From the human T2T-CHM13v2.0 reference genome, Homo sapiens, in NCBI RefSeq assembly GCF_009914755.1, contig NC_060927.1: a DNA stretch of 64,000 bases; one strand, written 5' to 3'. Position 1 is the first letter of the stretch, and each line of letters begins with the position of its first letter. Below the pieces are notes generated by a model. The model was not told the DNA's origin. It ran no database searches and worked only from the letters and a program-made list of their open reading frames with translations. The translations under genes were made by a program, and so were the position numbers. Below, in pieces: positions 61,301 to 64,000 of this stretch.

Positions 61301-64000
61301 AGATTATATACTGTACATAAAATATCAATGTACCCCAAATATATATTTTATACTCTACATGAAATATCAAAGTTCACAATCCATATATTATATACTGTAC
61401 ATAAAATATCAAAGTACCCAAGGTATATATTCTATACTATACAAAAAATATCAAAGTACCCAAAGCATGTATTATATACTGTATATAAAATATGAAAGTA
61501 CATCAAATATATATTTTATTCTGTACATATAATAACAAAGTACACCAGATATATATTCTATAGTGTTCATAAAATATCAAAGTACCCAAAATATACATTA
61601 TATACTGTACATAAAATATGAAATTACATCAAATATATATTATATTAGGTACATAAAATATGAAAGTACATCAAATATAGATTATATACTGTACATAAAA
61701 TATCAAAGTACCCCAAATATATATTATATACTCTACATGAAATATGAAAGTTCACAAACTATATATTATATACTGTATATAAAATATCAAAGTACCCAAG
61801 GCATATATTCTATACTGTACAAAAAATATCAAAGTACCCAAAGCATGTATTATATACTGTATATAAAATATGAAAGTACATCAAATATATATTTTATTCT
61901 GTACATAAAATATCAAAGTACACCAGATATATATTCTATAGTGTACATAAAATAACAAAGTACAAAAACTATAAATTATATACTGTACATAAAATATGAA
62001 ATTACATCAAATATATATTAGGTACATAAAATATGAAAGTACATCAAATATAGATTATATGCTGTACATAAAATATCAATGTACCCCAAATATATATTTT
62101 ATACTCGACATGAAATATCAAAGTTCACAAACCATATATTATTTACTGTACATAAAATATCAAAGTACCCAAGGTATATATTCTATACTGTACAAAAAAT
62201 ATCAAAGTACCCAAAGCATGTATTATATACTGTACATAAAATATGAAACTACATCAAATATATTTTTTATTCTGTATATAAAATATCAAAGTACACCAGA
62301 TATATATTCTGTAGTGTACATAAAATATCAAAGTACCCAAACTATACATTATATACTGTACATAAAATATGAAATTACATCAAATATATATTATATTAGG
62401 TACATAAAATATGAAAGTACATCAAATATAGATTATATACTGTACATAAAATATCAAAGTACCACAAATATATATTATATACTGTACATGAAATATCAAA
62501 GTTCACAAACTATATATTATATACTGTACATAAAATATCAAAGTACCCAAGGTATATATTCTATACTGTACAAAAAATATCAAAGTACCCAAAGCATGTA
62601 TTATATACTGTACATAAAATATGAAAGTACATCAAATATATATTTTATTCTGTACATAAAATATCAAAGTACACCAGATATATATTCTATAGTGTACATA
62701 AAATAACAAAGTACACAAACCATAAATTATATACTGTACATAAAATATGACATTACATCAAATACATATTAGGTACATAAAATATGAAAGTTCATCAAAT
62801 ATAGATTATATACTGTACATAAAATATCAATGTACCCCAAATATATATTTTATACTGTACATGAAATATCAAAGTTCACAAACTATATATTATATACTGT
62901 ACATAAAATATCAAAGTACCCAAGGTATATATTCTATACTGTACAAAAGATATCAAAGTACCCAAGCATGTATTATATACTGTACATTAAATATGAAAGT
63001 ACATCAAATATATATTTTATTCTGTACATAAAATATCAAAGTACACCAGATATATATTCTATAGTGTACATAAAATATCAAAGTACCCAAACTATTTATT
63101 ATATACTGTACATAAAATATGAAATTACATCAAATATATATTATATTAGGTACGTAAAATATGAAAGTACATCAAATATAGATTATATACTGTACATTAA
63201 ATACCAAAGTACCTCAAATATATATTTTATACTGTACATGAAATATCAAAGTTCACAAACTATATGTTATATACTGTACATAAAATATCAAAGTACCCAA
63301 GGTATATATTCTATACTGTACAAAAAATATCAAAGTACCAAAAGCATGTATTATATACTGTACCTAAAATATGAAAGAACATCAAATATATATTTTATTC
63401 TGTACATAAAATATCAAAGTACACCAGATATATATTCTATAGTGTATATAAAATAACAAGGTACAAAAACTATAAATTATATACTGTACATAAAATATGA
63501 AATTACGTCAAATATATATTAGGTACATAAAATATGAAAGTACATCAAATATAGATTATATACTGTACATAAAATATCAAAGTACCACAAATATATATTA
63601 TATACTCTACATGAAATATCAAAGTTCACAAACTATATATTATGTACTGTACATAAAATATCAAAGTACCCAAGGTATATATTCTATACTGTACAAAAAT
63701 TATCAAAGTACCCAAAGCATGTATTATATACTGTACATACAATATGAAAGTACATCAAATATATATTTTATTCTGTACATAAAATATCAAAGTACACCAG
63801 ATATATATTCTCTAGTGTACATAAAATATCAAAGTACCCAAACTATACATTATATACTGTACATAAAATATGAAATTACATCAAATATATATTATATTAG
63901 GTACATAAAATATGAAAGTACATCAAATATAGATTATATACTGTACATTAAGTACCAAAGTACCCCAAATATATATTTTATACTGTACATGAAATATCAA
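46375..64000 (+). repeat. Second copy of the 22,416-bp macro-duplication, truncated by the window end
   Basis: It starts with the same private variants (gattattaactg...aagaacgccaaat...caacgttcgc) found at ~23985-24060. About 6 differences were seen over 17.6 kb. Confidence 0.93.

Larger units (their letters stand above)
1..64000 (+). repeat. 42-bp AT-rich tandem satellite array, HSat1A / classical satellite I (SAR)-type, with a 378-bp 9-mer higher-order repeat
   Basis: Seen: continuous 42-bp monomers made of a 17-bp part (acataaaatat[c/g]aaagt) and a 25-bp part (e.g. acccaaactatatattatatactgt) joined at GTAC. Nine monomer types recur in fixed order, translating as QSTQTIH / EITSNIYYIR / ESTSNID / QSTPN / MKYQSSQT / QSTQGIYS / KKYQSTQSM / ESTSNIYF / QSTPD (numbered 1-9). 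Equivalent ORF starts are 378 bp apart (271, 649, 1027). Known: 17+25-bp RsaI subunits and a 378-bp 9-mer define human satellite 1A. The chromosome cannot be assigned from the sequence alone. Confidence 0.95.

Noticed and set aside
1-64000. All listed ORFs as protein-coding genes
   Set aside because: They are translations of the 42-bp repeat. Their ends are set by random stop and frameshift variants, and there is no recognisable domain or unique sequence.
1-64000. CRISPR-like array (constant tgtacataaaatat repeat with variable intervening sequence)
   Set aside because: The variable parts are homologous to each other and cycle every nine monomers. There are no unique spacers, leader or cas genes.
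1-64000. Alpha satellite, CENP-B boxes, HSat1B, HSat2/3 or telomeric repeats
   Set aside because: No 171-bp period, CENP-B box, CATTC/GGAAT pentamer runs, Alu-containing 2.4-kb unit or TTAGGG tracts were seen. The single ttagg per unit is isolated.
1-64000. Inversion breakpoint or L1/Alu insertion within the array
   Set aside because: Every line read keeps the same A-rich orientation and monomer motif; no foreign sequence was seen.
1-64000. TATA-like boxes and short palindromes (TGTACA, GTAC, tatatattatata) as regulatory sites or hairpins
   Set aside because: These are expected in every monomer of such an AT-rich repeat, and nothing singles out any one position as functional.

Overview
The whole 64-kb window is one uninterrupted, single-orientation array of an extremely AT-rich 42-bp tandem satellite. 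Its 17-bp + 25-bp subunits (ACATAAAATAT[C/G]AAAGT + ACCCAAACTATATATTATATACTGT-like, joined at GTAC sites) and its 378-bp 9-monomer higher-order unit match human/great-ape classical satellite I (HSat1A/SAR). I find no genes, RNA genes, transposon insertions, inversions or CRISPR arrays. The ORFs arise because a 42-bp period keeps one frame free of stops. I do not see a new gene-based system here; what is worth a second look is the array architecture. Domain A (1 to ~20.1 kb) has its own diagnostic variants, a derived 14-mer unit and 1.9-5.9 kb super-repeats. A more diverged zone (~20.1-24 kb) holds an apparent precursor of the domain A cassette. Domain C (~24-64 kb) carries a 373-bp variant unit, a 751-bp alternation and nested 2.6-3.8 kb duplications, all inside a near-identical 22,416-bp tandem duplication whose junction maps to a 19-bp interval (46375-46393). 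All comparisons were made by eye, so difference counts are minimum values.
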